This document shows positions 49,374 to 60,132 of a DNA stretch of 64,000 nt, piece by piece. The position numbers and the translations under genes were made by a program. The stretch comes from Propionibacteriaceae bacterium (GTDB lineage: Bacteria > Actinomycetota > Actinomycetes > Propionibacteriales > Propionibacteriaceae), in contig DASQUD010000250.1 in assembly GCA_035641455.1 (NCBI GenBank), positions 17,741-81,740 of the forward strand, given 5' to 3'. Numbering within the stretch: position 1 is the stretch's first letter; each line of letters starts with the position of its first letter. The notes beneath the pieces are model-generated. The model was not told the DNA's origin and did no database searches. It worked only from the letters and a program-made list of their open reading frames with translations.

Positions 49374-49486
49374 AGTTTGTGCTCATGAGGCCACTGCACC
49401 ATGGACCACCGACATTTTCTTTTTTGACGCGACACACCTCGAACAGATGTTTGATTCGTCTGCTGTCCTTCTCTAGCGTGTGACTC

Positions 49487-50299
49487 ATGAGAAAGCACGA
49501 CGACGTGAACCGTCCCTTCCCCCTGCCGCAGCGGAAACGAGGCCGCCCCAGCGCGGCTGACGTCGCGGCCCAGTTGGGCGAGACGGCGTCGGTGAGCTCG
49601 CTGCCAGACGGACCAGCCGACGAACATGGTCTGACACCACGCCAACGCCGCATTCTTGAGGTCATCAAAGCCGCGGTCGAGTCGCGCGGCTACCCGCCGA
49701 GCATCCGTGAGATGGGTGAGGCCGTCGGTCTGGCGAGTTCATCGAGCGTCGCCCACCAGCTCAAGGCCTTGGAACAAAAGGGTTTCCTGCGACGCGATCC
49801 GAACCGTCCTCGAGCGCTGGAGGTCCTGCTGCCTGGCCACGCTGCGCCGGCGACGCGGTCAGCGGCGCAGACCTCCGCATCGAGCAGCGAGGTTGACGAG
49901 ACCGGAATCGGCGACGCCTTTCCGGAGCCTGTGCATGTGCCTGTCGTCGGTCGGATCGCCGCCGGTGGCCCGATCCTGGCCGAGGAGCGAATCGAGGATG
50001 TCTTCGCCCTCCCGCGCCAGCTGGTCGGCGAGGGCACCATGTTCTTGTTGGAGGTCCGTGGCGACTCGATGATCGACGCCGCCATCTGTGATGGCGACTG
50101 GGTCGTGGTGCGCCAGCAGCCCACCGCCGACAACGGTGACATCGTGGCTGCCCTGCTCGACGATGAGGCGACCGTCAAGACGTTCAAGCGTCGGGCGGGC
50201 CATGTCTGGCTGATGCCGCACAACCAGGCCTACGACCCGATCGACGGCGACCACGCGTCCATCCTGGGCAAGGTGGTGGCGGTCCTTCGCCGTGTGTAG
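49487..50299 (+). CDS. lexA: SOS repressor LexA
   Basis: Contains [77 protein letters not shown] and TVKTFKR. The true start may be downstream of 49487. Confidence 0.95.
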   Translation: MRKHDDVNRPFPLPQRKRGRPSAADVAAQLGETASVSSLPDGPADEHGLTPRQRRILEVIKAAVESRGYPPSIREMGEAVGLASSSSVAHQLKALEQKGFLRRDPNRPRALEVLLPGHAAPATRSAAQTSASSSEVDETGIGDAFPEPVHVPVVGRIAAGGPILAEERIEDVFALPRQLVGEGTMFLLEVRGDSMIDAAICDGDWVVVRQQPTADNGDIVAALLDDEATVKTFKRRAGHVWLMPHNQAYDPIDGDHASILGKVVAVLRRV

Positions 50300-50343
50300 T
50301 TCCGAAAGCCGCGCTTCGACAGAGTCAACGACGAGCGTTCACG

Positions 50344-51789
50344 TCACAGCCTGCTGGGTTCCGCTGTCAAGATTTGCGTGCTCAGCCGCGCCACAGCTCG
50401 GAGCTTGTTCGACACATCGAGCGCGGCGACCTTGTACGCCTCCGACAGCGTCGGATAGTTGAGGACCGTGTCGACGAGGTAGTCGACTGTGCCGCCGCAC
50501 CCCATGATCGCTTGGCCAATGTGGACGAGCTCGGTCGCGTTGGTGCCGAAGACGTGCACCCCGAGAATCTCGCGACTGTCGGCATGGACGACCAGCTTCA
50601 GCATCCCGTAAGAATCGCCGATGATCTGGCCGCGTGCCAGCTCGCGGTATCGCGAAATGCCGACCTCGAAAGGAATCGCCTCACTGGTCAGCTCTTCCTC
50701 GGTCTTTCCGCAGAACGAGATTTCCGGAATGGTGTAGATGCCTATCGGCTGTAGGGCCTGGAGTTCGTTTGCCGGCTCCCCGAAGGCGTATGCGGCGGCC
50801 AGTCTGCCCTGGTCCATCGACGTGGCGGCAAGGGCCGGGAAACCGATGACGTCGCCGACGGCATAGATGTGGGGCATCTCAGTCTGGTATTGCCCGTTGA
50901 CGACCAACCGGCCGCGTTTGTCGGCATGCAACCCGGCCAGGTCGAGGTTGAGCGCGCCGGTATTGCCCTGCCGGCCAGCGGAGTGCATGACGACCTCTGC
51001 GGCGATCTTCTTGCCCGAAGCCAGTGTGGTGATCGTTCCTCGTCCCGCGCTCTCGACGGAAGCAACCTCCTCACCGAAGCGAAATGACATGGCGTGATCG
51101 CGAAGATGGAATTTCAGAGATTCGACGATCTCCGGGTCACAGAAGTCCAGCATCTGTGCACGCTTCTCCACCAGCGTCACTCGGGTGCCAAGTGCGGCGA
51201 AGATTGACGCATACTCGACTCCAATGACACCGGCGCCCACGACAACGAGTGAATCGGGAACCTTCTCCAGCGTCAGGATTTGATCGGAGTCCAACACCCG
51301 TACGCCATCGAAGTCCACGTTGGGAGGCCGAGCAGGCACCGTACCGGTGCCGATGACGACCTTGTCCGAGGTCAGCGTCCGATGTGAGTCTGAGCCTTCG
51401 ATATTGACCGACAGTGTGTGGGGGTCGAGGAATCCGGCGGAGCCGGGAATCAGCTCGATGTGGTTTCGTAGCAACTGGGATCGGATCACTTCGGTTTCTC
51501 GGCCGACCACGTGCTGCAATCGGGCCAGCAGGTCTGAGATCGTGATCTCTTCCTTGACCCGATAGCTGGCTCCGTAGAGGTCGCGCAACTGCATGCCGGT
51601 GAGGTAGAGCACCGCCTCGCGCAAGGTCTTGGACGGGATCGTTCCGGTGTTGACGCAAACGCCACCCACCATGCTCTTACTATCGACGACGCAAACCCGG
51701 TGACCGAGCTTCGCCGCCATGATTGCGGCCTTTTGACCGCCGGGCCCAGAGCCGATGACCGCAAGGTCGAAATCGTACGTGTGCTCCAT
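50344..51789 (-). CDS. sthA: soluble pyridine nucleotide transhydrogenase (Si-specific NAD(P)+ transhydrogenase)
   Basis: Contains [32 protein letters not shown]...[24 protein letters not shown] and the C-terminal [18 protein letters not shown]. Confidence 0.85.
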   Translation of the reverse strand: MEHTYDFDLAVIGSGPGGQKAAIMAAKLGHRVCVVDSKSMVGGVCVNTGTIPSKTLREAVLYLTGMQLRDLYGASYRVKEEITISDLLARLQHVVGRETEVIRSQLLRNHIELIPGSAGFLDPHTLSVNIEGSDSHRTLTSDKVVIGTGTVPARPPNVDFDGVRVLDSDQILTLEKVPDSLVVVGAGVIGVEYASIFAALGTRVTLVEKRAQMLDFCDPEIVESLKFHLRDHAMSFRFGEEVASVESAGRGTITTLASGKKIAAEVVMHSAGRQGNTGALNLDLAGLHADKRGRLVVNGQYQTEMPHIYAVGDVIGFPALAATSMDQGRLAAAYAFGEPANELQALQPIGIYTIPEISFCGKTEEELTSEAIPFEVGISRYRELARGQIIGDSYGMLKLVVHADSREILGVHVFGTNATELVHIGQAIMGCGGTVDYLVDTVLNYPTLSEAYKVAALDVSNKLRAVARLSTQILTAEPSRL

Positions 51790-51794
51790 GGTGG

Positions 51795-53927
51795 CTAGCG
51801 TGCCAGACGATGGTTAGCAGCGCTATGCCTCTGGCTGCTCGGCTCGTGTCCTCCCGCTTGCCCAGAGATGCGGCGCAGCGCACCGATCACGACCTCACGA
51901 TCGCTGGTCTGCCACATGTCGGGCATCGACGCGCGAAGATAGTTGCCGTAACGGGCGGTGATGACACGGGGATCCAGGACTGCCACAACGCCGCGATCGC
52001 TGAGGCGCCGGATCAACCGGCCGGAGCCTTGGGCGAGCAGCAGGGCCGCGTGAGTGGCCGCCACGGCAAGGAAGCCGTTGCCGCCGGCTTCGGCCACCGC
52101 GCGCTGGCGAGCCAAGGTCAGCGGCTCGTCGGGTCGTGGAAAAGGGATCCGATCGATGATCACCAGCGAACACGTAGCGCCTGGCACATCGACGCCCTGC
52201 CAGAGGGACAGGGTGCCGAACAAGCTGGCCGCCTCCTCTTCGACGAACCGCCGGGTAAGTTCGGACAGCTGCGCGTCGCCCTGGCAGAGAATCGTCAGCT
52301 TCGGCAGCTGTTTGCGGACATGCGCCGCCGCGGCTTCGGCGGCCCGCCGGGAAGAAAACAGGCCAAGTGTGCGGCCGCCGGCGGCCCAGACGAGCTCGGC
52401 AATCTCCTCGAGGTAGGAGTCTGACAAACCATCCCGACCCGGCGCCGGCAGCGAGCGAGCGAGATACAGGATTCCCTGCCGTCGATACTCGAAGGGGGAA
52501 CCGACATCGATCGCTCGCCACGGCTGGTGGTTATCAGACCGAATGTCCTCGGCGGTCTCGCTCGGCAGGGCCTCCGCACGCTCATCGATTCGCAGCCCAA
52601 CTGAAGTGGCGATGGCCGTGAATTCGCCGCCCAGCCGCAGGGTGGCTGAGGTGAGCACGGCCGTACGGTCGGCGAAGATGTGGTCGCGCATCAGGGCCGA
52701 GACGGACAGTGGCGCTGCGCGGAGCTCCCGCCCCGATCGTTCGCGGTCGGCCACCCACACCACGTCGTGATCCCGCACTGCGGCCATGCGCTCGGCGACG
52801 TCGAAGACCTCTTTCACTGCCGCGGCCGTCTGCCGCTTGTCCGGGTTCTTGTCATCCGTGGACGTCAGGGCACTGATGCAGGCCCGAGCCGCGCTTCGTA
52901 CGGCCTCACATGCGACCACGACACCGGTCTCGGTGTCTTCAACCCTCTCCAGTGGGGACAGATCAAGGGCTTTCCGAAGTGCGTCGGCGGACTCCAGCAG
53001 CGCCAACGCCACCTCGTCGTCGACATAGGGCAACACCCGACGGCCAATCCGATCCACCAGCTGCGGACTGAGCTCGGCGGACGCTGCGCCGGTCACCCGG
53101 GCCACGACCTCATGCGCCTCGTCGATGATCAACGCACGATGCGGCGGCAGCGCGGTGCCGCCATGCATCGCGTTGATCGCCAACAAGGCGTGATTGGTCA
53201 CGATCAGGTCCGCCGCGCGAGCGGCATCACGCGACTTCTCGACGAAGCAATCGTCCCCGTAGGGGCAGCGTTGGGCGCCCAAACATTCCCGAACAGGGAT
53301 GGAGACCTGGTGCCAGCCGCGTTCCGTGTGCGGCGGAGCTGAATCGCGATCTGCCAGCCCGTCGGCGGCGGCCTGCTCCTCTGCCCACTCCCGGAGCGCA
53401 AGCACCTCCCCGCCGAGCGCGGATTCTGGCGTGCTCGGTGTGGTCGACGGAATCGTGCCCACCAGATCAGCGGCGGACAGCAATGTGCCCTGATGGGAGC
53501 TCGCCGAGTCTCGTACCCTCAGCAGGCATGCGTAGTTCGTCCGGCCCTTGAGAATCGCGTGTACGGGCCGATCGCCGGTCACCTGCTCGACGGCATCCAG
53601 GGCGACCGGAATGTCCTTGTCGGCGAGCTGGCTTTGCAGCGCCAGCGTGGCGGTGGCGACGACAATCCGCTCCCCGGGGTGTTGAGTGAGCCAGCTCAGC
53701 GCCGGCACCAGGTAGCCGAGCGATTTCCCGGTGCCCGTTCCCGCTTGGACGAGCAAATGCGTACCTGTATCGAAGGAGTCGGCGACCGCGTCAGCCATCC
53801 GCGCCTGACCCGGGCGTTCCAACCCGCCGATCGCCTGCACGGCCACGGCCAACGCCACGCGGTGAGCGACGTCCCGCGCGGTCTGTCGAGTCACATCCGC
53901 AGGATCGGGCTTGCGATCTGCGGTCAC
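51795..53927 (-). CDS. dinG: ATP-dependent DNA helicase, DinG/XPD-like
   Basis: Contains [31 protein letters not shown], and four Cys in the YACLLRV...[14 protein letters not shown] region (Fe-S cluster-like), plus VLTSATL and QGSGRLIRR. Confidence 0.8.
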   Translation of the reverse strand: MTADRKPDPADVTRQTARDVAHRVALAVAVQAIGGLERPGQARMADAVADSFDTGTHLLVQAGTGTGKSLGYLVPALSWLTQHPGERIVVATATLALQSQLADKDIPVALDAVEQVTGDRPVHAILKGRTNYACLLRVRDSASSHQGTLLSAADLVGTIPSTTPSTPESALGGEVLALREWAEEQAAADGLADRDSAPPHTERGWHQVSIPVRECLGAQRCPYGDDCFVEKSRDAARAADLIVTNHALLAINAMHGGTALPPHRALIIDEAHEVVARVTGAASAELSPQLVDRIGRRVLPYVDDEVALALLESADALRKALDLSPLERVEDTETGVVVACEAVRSAARACISALTSTDDKNPDKRQTAAAVKEVFDVAERMAAVRDHDVVWVADRERSGRELRAAPLSVSALMRDHIFADRTAVLTSATLRLGGEFTAIATSVGLRIDERAEALPSETAEDIRSDNHQPWRAIDVGSPFEYRRQGILYLARSLPAPGRDGLSDSYLEEIAELVWAAGGRTLGLFSSRRAAEAAAAHVRKQLPKLTILCQGDAQLSELTRRFVEEEAASLFGTLSLWQGVDVPGATCSLVIIDRIPFPRPDEPLTLARQRAVAEAGGNGFLAVAATHAALLLAQGSGRLIRRLSDRGVVAVLDPRVITARYGNYLRASMPDMWQTSDREVVIGALRRISGQAGGHEPSSQRHSAANHRLAR

Positions 53928-53987
53928 CCGGCTCAGCCTATTCGCACCGTGGAGCCAGCACGCGGCCCGCCGAGGGGTGGCGGCGTG

Positions 53988-55472
53988 CTACGAATTGGTC
54001 GACTCAACGCCGACGACTTCGTAAGGAGCAAGTTCCGCCGCGAGCGCAGCATTGACGTGAGCAAGGACCATGGTGCCCTCCGACGTGTGCTCGCTGACGA
54101 GAAGTTCTCCGGTTCGGTGAATCCGATCGAGAAGATCACCACGTGCGTAGGGGACAAGAGCCCGGACTTCGACAGCAGGCCGTGGCAGCCGCACCTCGGT
54201 CATCGCCCGGAGCTGGTCGATTCCCCAACCGGTCCGAGCCGAGATCACGGCCGCATCCGGATACGACGTCCTCAGCGCAGTCAGCTGTTCGCCAGACGCG
54301 GCGTCCATCTTGTTCAGCACGAGCAGTTCCGGTACATCACCGGCGCCAATCTCGGCCAACACCGTACGAACTGCCCGAATCTGCCCAGCCGGGTCGGGAT
54401 CGGAAGCGTCCACCACATGCAGCAAGAGATCCGAGTCCGCCGACTCCTCCAGTGTGGAAGCAAAAGCCTCGATCAGGTCGTGCGGAAGATGACGGACGAA
54501 CCCGACCGTGTCGGTCAGCGTGTAGGTGCGGCCGTCTGCGGTCGTGGCGCGGCGAGTTGTTGGATCCAGGGTGGCGAACAAGGCATCCTCCACCAGCACG
54601 CCAGCCCCGGTCAGCCGGTTGAGCAGGCTCGACTTGCCGGCGTTGGTGTAGCCGACGATCGCCACCGACGGCACCTCATGACGCCGCCGTTCATTCCGCT
54701 TGACCTCACGCGTGGCGTCCAGGTTCCGCATCTCGGCTCGCAGCTTGGCAATCCGACTGGAGATGCGGCGCCGATCGGTCTCCAGCTTCGTCTCACCTGG
54801 ACCGCGTCCGCCGATCCCAACGCCGCCGCCCGCACGACCACCAGCTTGGCGGGACAAGTTGCCACCCCAGCCGCGCAGGCGCTGGCGCAGGTACTGCAAC
54901 TGCGCCAACTCGACCTGCGCCTTGCCTTCCGCACTCTTCGCGTGAGCCGCGAAAATGTCGAGGATCAGCGCCGTGCGGTCAATCACCTTGATCTGTATCC
55001 GGTCCTCGAGGTTCCGCAACTGAGCGGCCGCCAACTCTCCGTCGCAGATCACCGTGTCCGCGCCTGTGGCGATGACCACTTCGCGCAGCTCATCAACCTT
55101 GCCGCGCCCGATGTAGGTGGCAGGGTCCGGGCGGGAGCGCCGCTGAATCAATCCGTCGAGCACGTGGGAGCCGGCCGTCTCGGCCAGCAACTTCAGTTCG
55201 GCGAGCGAGTGCTCCGCATCGGCTTGGCTGCCGGTAGTCCACACGCCGACCAGCACCACACGTTCCAGCTGGAGTCGGCGGTACTCGACCTCCGTGATGT
55301 CCTGAAGTTCGGTGGACATCCCGGCGACCCGGCGCAGCGACTGCCGATCGGCGAGATCCTGATGAGCCGCCTCGTCGTCCTGTTCGGGTGTCTGTCTCGG
55401 CTCGAGCCTCTCTACCCGCAACTCGTCGAGATCATCGACATCGGCCGCCGGTTGCTCTGGATGTGCTGTCAT
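53988..55472 (-). CDS. hflX: GTPase HflX
   Basis: ATG at 55472 (MTAHPEQ...). Contains VICDGELAAAQLRNLE, IVGYTNAGKSSLLNRLTG, DTVGFVRHLPHDLIEAF and LNKMD. Confidence 0.9.
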   Translation of the reverse strand: MTAHPEQPAADVDDLDELRVERLEPRQTPEQDDEAAHQDLADRQSLRRVAGMSTELQDITEVEYRRLQLERVVLVGVWTTGSQADAEHSLAELKLLAETAGSHVLDGLIQRRSRPDPATYIGRGKVDELREVVIATGADTVICDGELAAAQLRNLEDRIQIKVIDRTALILDIFAAHAKSAEGKAQVELAQLQYLRQRLRGWGGNLSRQAGGRAGGGVGIGGRGPGETKLETDRRRISSRIAKLRAEMRNLDATREVKRNERRRHEVPSVAIVGYTNAGKSSLLNRLTGAGVLVEDALFATLDPTTRRATTADGRTYTLTDTVGFVRHLPHDLIEAFASTLEESADSDLLLHVVDASDPDPAGQIRAVRTVLAEIGAGDVPELLVLNKMDAASGEQLTALRTSYPDAAVISARTGWGIDQLRAMTEVRLPRPAVEVRALVPYARGDLLDRIHRTGELLVSEHTSEGTMVLAHVNAALAAELAPYEVVGVESTNS

Positions 55473-55539
55473 CCCGACCAGGGTCTCACGTTCGGCCAAA
55501 AGCGTCCGCGCTATTTCTCCAGCCGACTTGTCGGCCACC

Positions 55540-56307
55540 TCAGAACACCGAGTAGCCGCCGTCAACCACGACAACCTCGCCCGTCATGAAGCTCGAGGCG
55601 TCCGATGCCAGGTAGACCACGCTGGGGCCGAGTTCGGCCGGCATGGCGTAGCGACGCATCGGAGCGTCCTCGATCCAATACCGCCGATACTGCGGCTCGT
55701 CGACCGGAGCCATCTCGGTCTTGATGTAGCCAGGGGCCAGGGCGTTGACCCGCACGCCATACGGCGCCCACTCCGCAGCCAGCGAGCGAGTCAGCTGGTG
55801 CACGGCCGCCTTCGATGCGTTGTAACTCGGCTGCCATTGAGGCCGGTTCACGATGAAGCCCGATATCGACCCGATGTTCACGATCACGCCGCTGTGCTGT
55901 GCCACCATCACCTGACCAAAGGCCTGCGCACAATTCCACACTCCGTCGACGTTGGTGTCCATCACGTGGCGCCACTCCTGCGGCGTGACCTCGAGTGCCG
56001 CACGGTGGATGCACGCGCCCGCATTGTTGATCAAAACGTCGACCCGGCCGAGCTGGTCAACGATGTCCTGGACCGCCCGCCGGACATGCTCTGCGTCGGT
56101 GACGTCGGCCGCCACAGCGGTCGCGGTGACGCCGAGCGCCTGCAGATCGTCTACCACTTGTGCCGCTCCCGCCGGATCGCGCACCAGGAGCACGACATCG
56201 CTGCCGGCCTCCGCCAGGGCCCTGGCCAGAGCGCGGCCGATCCCCCGCGCCGCGCCGGTCACCACGGACACCCGGCCGGACAGCGAGAACGCATCGAGAA
56301 CAGACAT
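55540..56307 (-). CDS. SDR family oxidoreductase
   Basis: Contains SVVTGAARGIGRALA, NNAG, YNASKAAVHQLTRSLA and VNALAPGYI. The ATG directly abuts the dapF stop (TGA-ATG at 56310-56305). Confidence 0.85.
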   Translation of the reverse strand: MSVLDAFSLSGRVSVVTGAARGIGRALARALAEAGSDVVLLVRDPAGAAQVVDDLQALGVTATAVAADVTDAEHVRRAVQDIVDQLGRVDVLINNAGACIHRAALEVTPQEWRHVMDTNVDGVWNCAQAFGQVMVAQHSGVIVNIGSISGFIVNRPQWQPSYNASKAAVHQLTRSLAAEWAPYGVRVNALAPGYIKTEMAPVDEPQYRRYWIEDAPMRRYAMPAELGPSVVYLASDASSFMTGEVVVVDGGYSVF

Positions 56308-57144
56308 TCACCCCTCCTCGGGCAGTACGACGTCGCCGTGCGCAATGATCACGGCAGGGCCAGTGAGGAAAGCCTGGTCCGTCGTCAATTCGACATCCAC
56401 CTGGCCGCCTGGAGCCTCAACCCGATAGGTCACCGGCAGAGGCGCGGAATCACCCGCATGGACTCGCGCGGCGGCGGCCACAGCGACAGTGCCGGTGCCG
56501 CAGGACTGTGTCTCCCCCACGCCGCGCTCGAAGACCCTCATGCCGACCTGACGCTCCCCGCGGACGGTCGCGAACTCGAGGTTGACCCCGGCCGGAAACT
56601 CCCCCGGCGGCGACCAACTCGGTGTGGTGTGCAACCGAAGTTGGGCGAGATCGTCAGCGAAGCTCACCGCGTGCGGATTGCCGACGTCGGCCGTCAGTGC
56701 GGCGAACTCATTACCGTCCACCGTGCGTACTCGCACTCCTCGATTCGTCACCCGAACCGGGCCCATCGCCACCCGGATCCGCCCGTCCGGCAGCACAGTT
56801 GCCTCCTTCAGGCCAGCACGGGTGGCTACTTGAACGACAGGTCCGGTAGCCAAATCCTGCTGAAGCAGGAATCGGACGAAGACCCGGATCCCGTTGCCGC
56901 ACATCTCCGCCACTGAGCCGTCCGCATTGCGGTAGTCCATGAACCACAGATGCGGGTCGCCGTCCCAGTCCTGGACGTGCCTGGCCAGCACCGCCCGCAG
57001 CACACCATCGCCGCCTATTCCGAGGTGGCGGTCGCACAGGAATCGCACTTCGGCCTCACCGACAGCCATCATGGCTTCGCGATCGAGCAGTATGACGAAG
57101 TCGTTGCCGGTGCCATGCCCCTTGGCGAACGACCAGTGCCGCAT
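56308..57144 (-). CDS. dapF: diaminopimelate epimerase
   Basis: Contains FAKGHGTGNDFVIL, EMCGNGIRVF, DVGNPH and SCGTG (the two catalytic Cys). Confidence 0.9.
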   Translation of the reverse strand: MRHWSFAKGHGTGNDFVILLDREAMMAVGEAEVRFLCDRHLGIGGDGVLRAVLARHVQDWDGDPHLWFMDYRNADGSVAEMCGNGIRVFVRFLLQQDLATGPVVQVATRAGLKEATVLPDGRIRVAMGPVRVTNRGVRVRTVDGNEFAALTADVGNPHAVSFADDLAQLRLHTTPSWSPPGEFPAGVNLEFATVRGERQVGMRVFERGVGETQSCGTGTVAVAAAARVHAGDSAPLPVTYRVEAPGGQVDVELTTDQAFLTGPAVIIAHGDVVLPEEG

Positions 57145-57149
57145 GCCGC

Positions 57150-58127
57150 TCAGTCTTCCACGGCGGATTCGTCGCGCCGCTGGCTCGGCTCTGCCCGCTC
57201 CATCGCCCCATTTCCGTCAAGTCCGGCGACCGCGTAGGCCGAATCGACAAGCTCTGGCTCGTTCCAGGGCAGCCAGTGAATTCGCGGATCTTTCCGGAAC
57301 CAGTTGTCCTGTCGGCGGGCGAACCGCCGGGTCGCAAGGATCGTCTGGTCCTCCGCCTCAGCCTCGCTGATGGAGTCTGCCAGGAAATCGAGTACCTGCC
57401 GGTACCCGAGCGCCCGAGAAGCGGTCCGCCCGCGGCGTAGGCCGGCTCGATCCAGCCGTCGTACCTCGTCAACGAAACCTGCCTGCCACATCGCCCGCAC
57501 CCGGGCCGCCACCCGCCGATCCAACTCGGCTCGATCGATGGCCAAGCCGATCTGAACGACCCCGGGCAGCCGGTAGGAGTGCGCCGGAAGAGTCGCCGAA
57601 TATGGGCGTCCGGTCAGCATCCCCACCTCCAGAGCTCGGACGATCCGACGGCCATTCCCTGGCTCGATCGTTGCGGCCGCGACCGGGTCGATGGACTCTA
57701 GCCGATGATGCAGGGACTGGGAACCGACGCGCTCCAGCTCTGCTTCGAGCTCCGCCCGAAGAGCGGGGTCAGTACCCGGGAACTCGAAGTCGTCAACGAT
57801 GGCTCGGACATAGAGCGCCGAGCCACCGACGACGATCGGCACCACGTTCCGCACGAGGCAGTCGCTGATGGCGTTGCGAGCCAGCCGCTGAAAGTCGGCG
57901 ACCGTGGAGGTCTGCGTCACATCGAGAACATCGATCAAGTGGTGAGGCACCCCCCGACGCTCGGCCAGGGACGGCTTGGCCGTACCGATATCCATGCCGC
58001 GATAGAGCAACATCGAGTCGGCGTTGATCACTTCTGACCGTTGACCGGCTGCCGCGTATCGCATCGCCAGCGCGACCGCCAGTGACGATTTACCCGCCGC
58101 TGTCGCCCCCACCAGCACCACCGTCAC
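57150..58127 (-). CDS. miaA: tRNA dimethylallyltransferase
   Basis: GTG at 58127 gives VTVVLVGATAAGKSSLAVALA (P-loop). Also contains INADSMLLYRGMDIGTAKP, VPHHLIDV, IVVGGSALY and RRFARRQDNWFR. The track ORF is extended to 58322. Confidence 0.9.
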   Translation of the reverse strand: MTVVLVGATAAGKSSLAVALAMRYAAAGQRSEVINADSMLLYRGMDIGTAKPSLAERRGVPHHLIDVLDVTQTSTVADFQRLARNAISDCLVRNVVPIVVGGSALYVRAIVDDFEFPGTDPALRAELEAELERVGSQSLHHRLESIDPVAAATIEPGNGRRIVRALEVGMLTGRPYSATLPAHSYRLPGVVQIGLAIDRAELDRRVAARVRAMWQAGFVDEVRRLDRAGLRRGRTASRALGYRQVLDFLADSISEAEAEDQTILATRRFARRQDNWFRKDPRIHWLPWNEPELVDSAYAVAGLDGNGAMERAEPSQRRDESAVED

Positions 58128-58281
58128 AGCAGCGAGTCTCCCGCACCTGCAAAGGCATCGTTGTGCGGCCAAGCCGGCAGCGCTCCGTTCGATCAGCCGG
58201 AGTAGTGTGCCGAGTTGGCCAGAAAGATCGCGTGAACCCGGGCCAGGAAAGTGGCCTCGACCGAGGATGGAGAGTGCGCAG

Positions 58282-58521
58282 ATGGGAATCTTCGACAAGG
58301 CCAAAGACGCCCTCGACGACAATCCGGACCAGGTCGAGGGTGGCCCGGACGAGGCCGCTGACTACGCCGAAGACCGCGCGGCCCACCCTAGCCAGATGGA
58401 CTCGAGCGCTGATATGGCGAAGGCGGACGACTACCTCGGGTCCAGCGGCGAGGCGGAATCGATCCCGGATCTCACCGAATCCAACGCGCCGCCAGTCGGC
58501 TCACCCGAACCGCCCGACTGA
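58282..58521 (+). CDS. small acidic 'antitoxin'-annotated family protein (Rv0909/MT0933-like; assignment from memory)
   Basis: ATG at 58282 follows GAGGATGGAGAG. The N-terminus MGIFDKAKDALDDNPDQVEGGPDEAADY is typical of that family. No partner ORF is adjacent. Confidence 0.45.
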   Translation: MGIFDKAKDALDDNPDQVEGGPDEAADYAEDRAAHPSQMDSSADMAKADDYLGSSGEAESIPDLTESNAPPVGSPEPPD

Positions 58522-58530
58522 GTTGCACGC

Positions 58531-60051
58531 CTAGCCGCAGAGCGGAGCCGGGGGGCCCGGCGCCGGCGCTCCTACGGTTGGCAGACCGAGGGGGACGGGA
58601 CGTCGAGATGCACCGACCTCGGTGAGGCGGTCCTGCCAAGCGTCACCGCCGGGCGTCCGTCGGAGGCTGTCCAATCCGGCGTCTGCGGTGAGGTGATGGG
58701 GTGCCGCGTAGGTGATGACGACCTGGGCGATGTCCCCTGGACGTGGTCGGGCGCTGTGCTCGCCGGGCACGGTCACGTGCACGAGCCGGTTGTCCCGCGC
58801 GCGGCCCGACATCCGTGACGTGGCATTGTCCTTTCGACCCTCACCGTCGGCGAACAGCACTTCAACCCGCCGCCCGACCTGGGTGAGGTTCTCGTGCCAG
58901 GCGGTCTCGTTCACCAAGTCGACCAGCCGCTCGTACCGCTCCTGGACCACCGCTTTCCGCACCTGCCCAGCCATCGTGGCGGCCGGCGTCCCCGGACGGA
59001 TCGAGTACTGGAACGTGAACGCCGCCGAGAACCGCGCCGCCCGGACCACCTCCAGCGTCTGTTGAAAGTCCTGTTCCGTCTCGCCAGGGAACCCGACGAT
59101 GATGTCTGTGGTGACCGCGGCCTCCGGCATCGCCGCCCGCACCCGATCCAGGATGGCGAGGTAGCGCTCGCTGCGATAGGACCGCCGCATGGCCTTCAGA
59201 ATCGCATCCGAGCCGGACTGCAGTGGCATGTGCAACGAGGGCATGACATTCGAGGTCTCCGCCATCGCAGCGATCACGTCGTCGGTGAAGTCCTTGGGGT
59301 GCGGGGAGGTGAACCGCACCCGTTCCAAGCCGTCGATGTCTCCGCACGCCCGAAGCAGCTTGGCGAAGGCACCCCGGTCACGAAACTCCAGGCCGTACGC
59401 GTTGACATTCTGTCCCAGCAGCGTCACCTCCTGCACGCCACTGGCCACCAGGGCTTCGATCTCCGCCAAGATCTCGCCGGGGCGCCGATCGGTCTGCCTG
59501 CCGCGCAACGCCGGCACAATGCAGAATGTGCAGGTGTTACTGCAGCCGACGCTGATCGACACCCAGGCGGCGTACGGCGATTCGCGACGGGTCGGCAGAT
59601 TGGACGGGAACGTCTCCAGCGCCTCCACGATTTCGACCTGCGCCTCACGCTCGACCCTCGCCCGTTCCAGCAGGATTGGCAGCGAGCCGAGATTGTGGGT
59701 GCCGAAGACGACGTCGACCCAAGGTGCGCGGCGGATGACCTCGCTGCGGTCTTTTTGCGCCAGGCAGCCACCAACCGCGATCTGCATGCCGGGCCTCGAC
59801 TTTTTGGTCGGTAGCAAATTTCCGAGACTGCCGTAGAGGCGGTTGTCGGCGTTCTCCCGGACGGCACAGGTGTTGAAGACCACGACGTCGGCCGTCATCT
59901 CGTCGGTCGCCTTCACGTAGCCAGCGCCTTCGAGCAGGCCGGCGAGCCGCTCCGAGTCGTGCACGTTCATCTGACACCCGTGGGTGCGGATTTGGTAGGT
60001 CCGACGGACGGCACTGGCGGGCGGGACCAGCACGGATGCAGCGGCAGTCAT
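58531..60051 (-). CDS. miaB: tRNA (i6A37) methylthiotransferase
   Basis: Contains [16 protein letters not shown], the radical-SAM motif [13 protein letters not shown], and a TRAM-like C-terminus. Confidence 0.95.
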   Translation of the reverse strand: MTAAASVLVPPASAVRRTYQIRTHGCQMNVHDSERLAGLLEGAGYVKATDEMTADVVVFNTCAVRENADNRLYGSLGNLLPTKKSRPGMQIAVGGCLAQKDRSEVIRRAPWVDVVFGTHNLGSLPILLERARVEREAQVEIVEALETFPSNLPTRRESPYAAWVSISVGCSNTCTFCIVPALRGRQTDRRPGEILAEIEALVASGVQEVTLLGQNVNAYGLEFRDRGAFAKLLRACGDIDGLERVRFTSPHPKDFTDDVIAAMAETSNVMPSLHMPLQSGSDAILKAMRRSYRSERYLAILDRVRAAMPEAAVTTDIIVGFPGETEQDFQQTLEVVRAARFSAAFTFQYSIRPGTPAATMAGQVRKAVVQERYERLVDLVNETAWHENLTQVGRRVEVLFADGEGRKDNATSRMSGRARDNRLVHVTVPGEHSARPRPGDIAQVVITYAAPHHLTADAGLDSLRRTPGGDAWQDRLTEVGASRRPVPLGLPTVGAPAPGPPAPLCG

Positions 60052-60132
60052 GGCGGACCCAGCGTAATCCGGGTGGGGGCCTGGGGGCTGCGTCGTTCCG
60101 CCCCAGACCGCATCCCGCTAGAGTGCGATGTC

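Noticed and set aside
49273-49668. Upstream extension of the small membrane protein ORF (track 48895..49668)
   Set aside because: It would read through both LexA boxes and the lexA promoter region and overlap lexA. The shorter ATG at 49272 is more plausible.
53493-55589. 698-aa plus-strand ORF
   Set aside because: It is antisense to dinG and hflX, both of which have unmistakable motifs on the minus strand. The translation is Arg/Pro/Gly-rich and low-complexity, typical of shadow ORFs in high-GC DNA.
55528-56916. 462-aa plus-strand ORF
   Set aside because: Antisense to the SDR and dapF genes, both of which have clear catalytic motifs on the minus strand.
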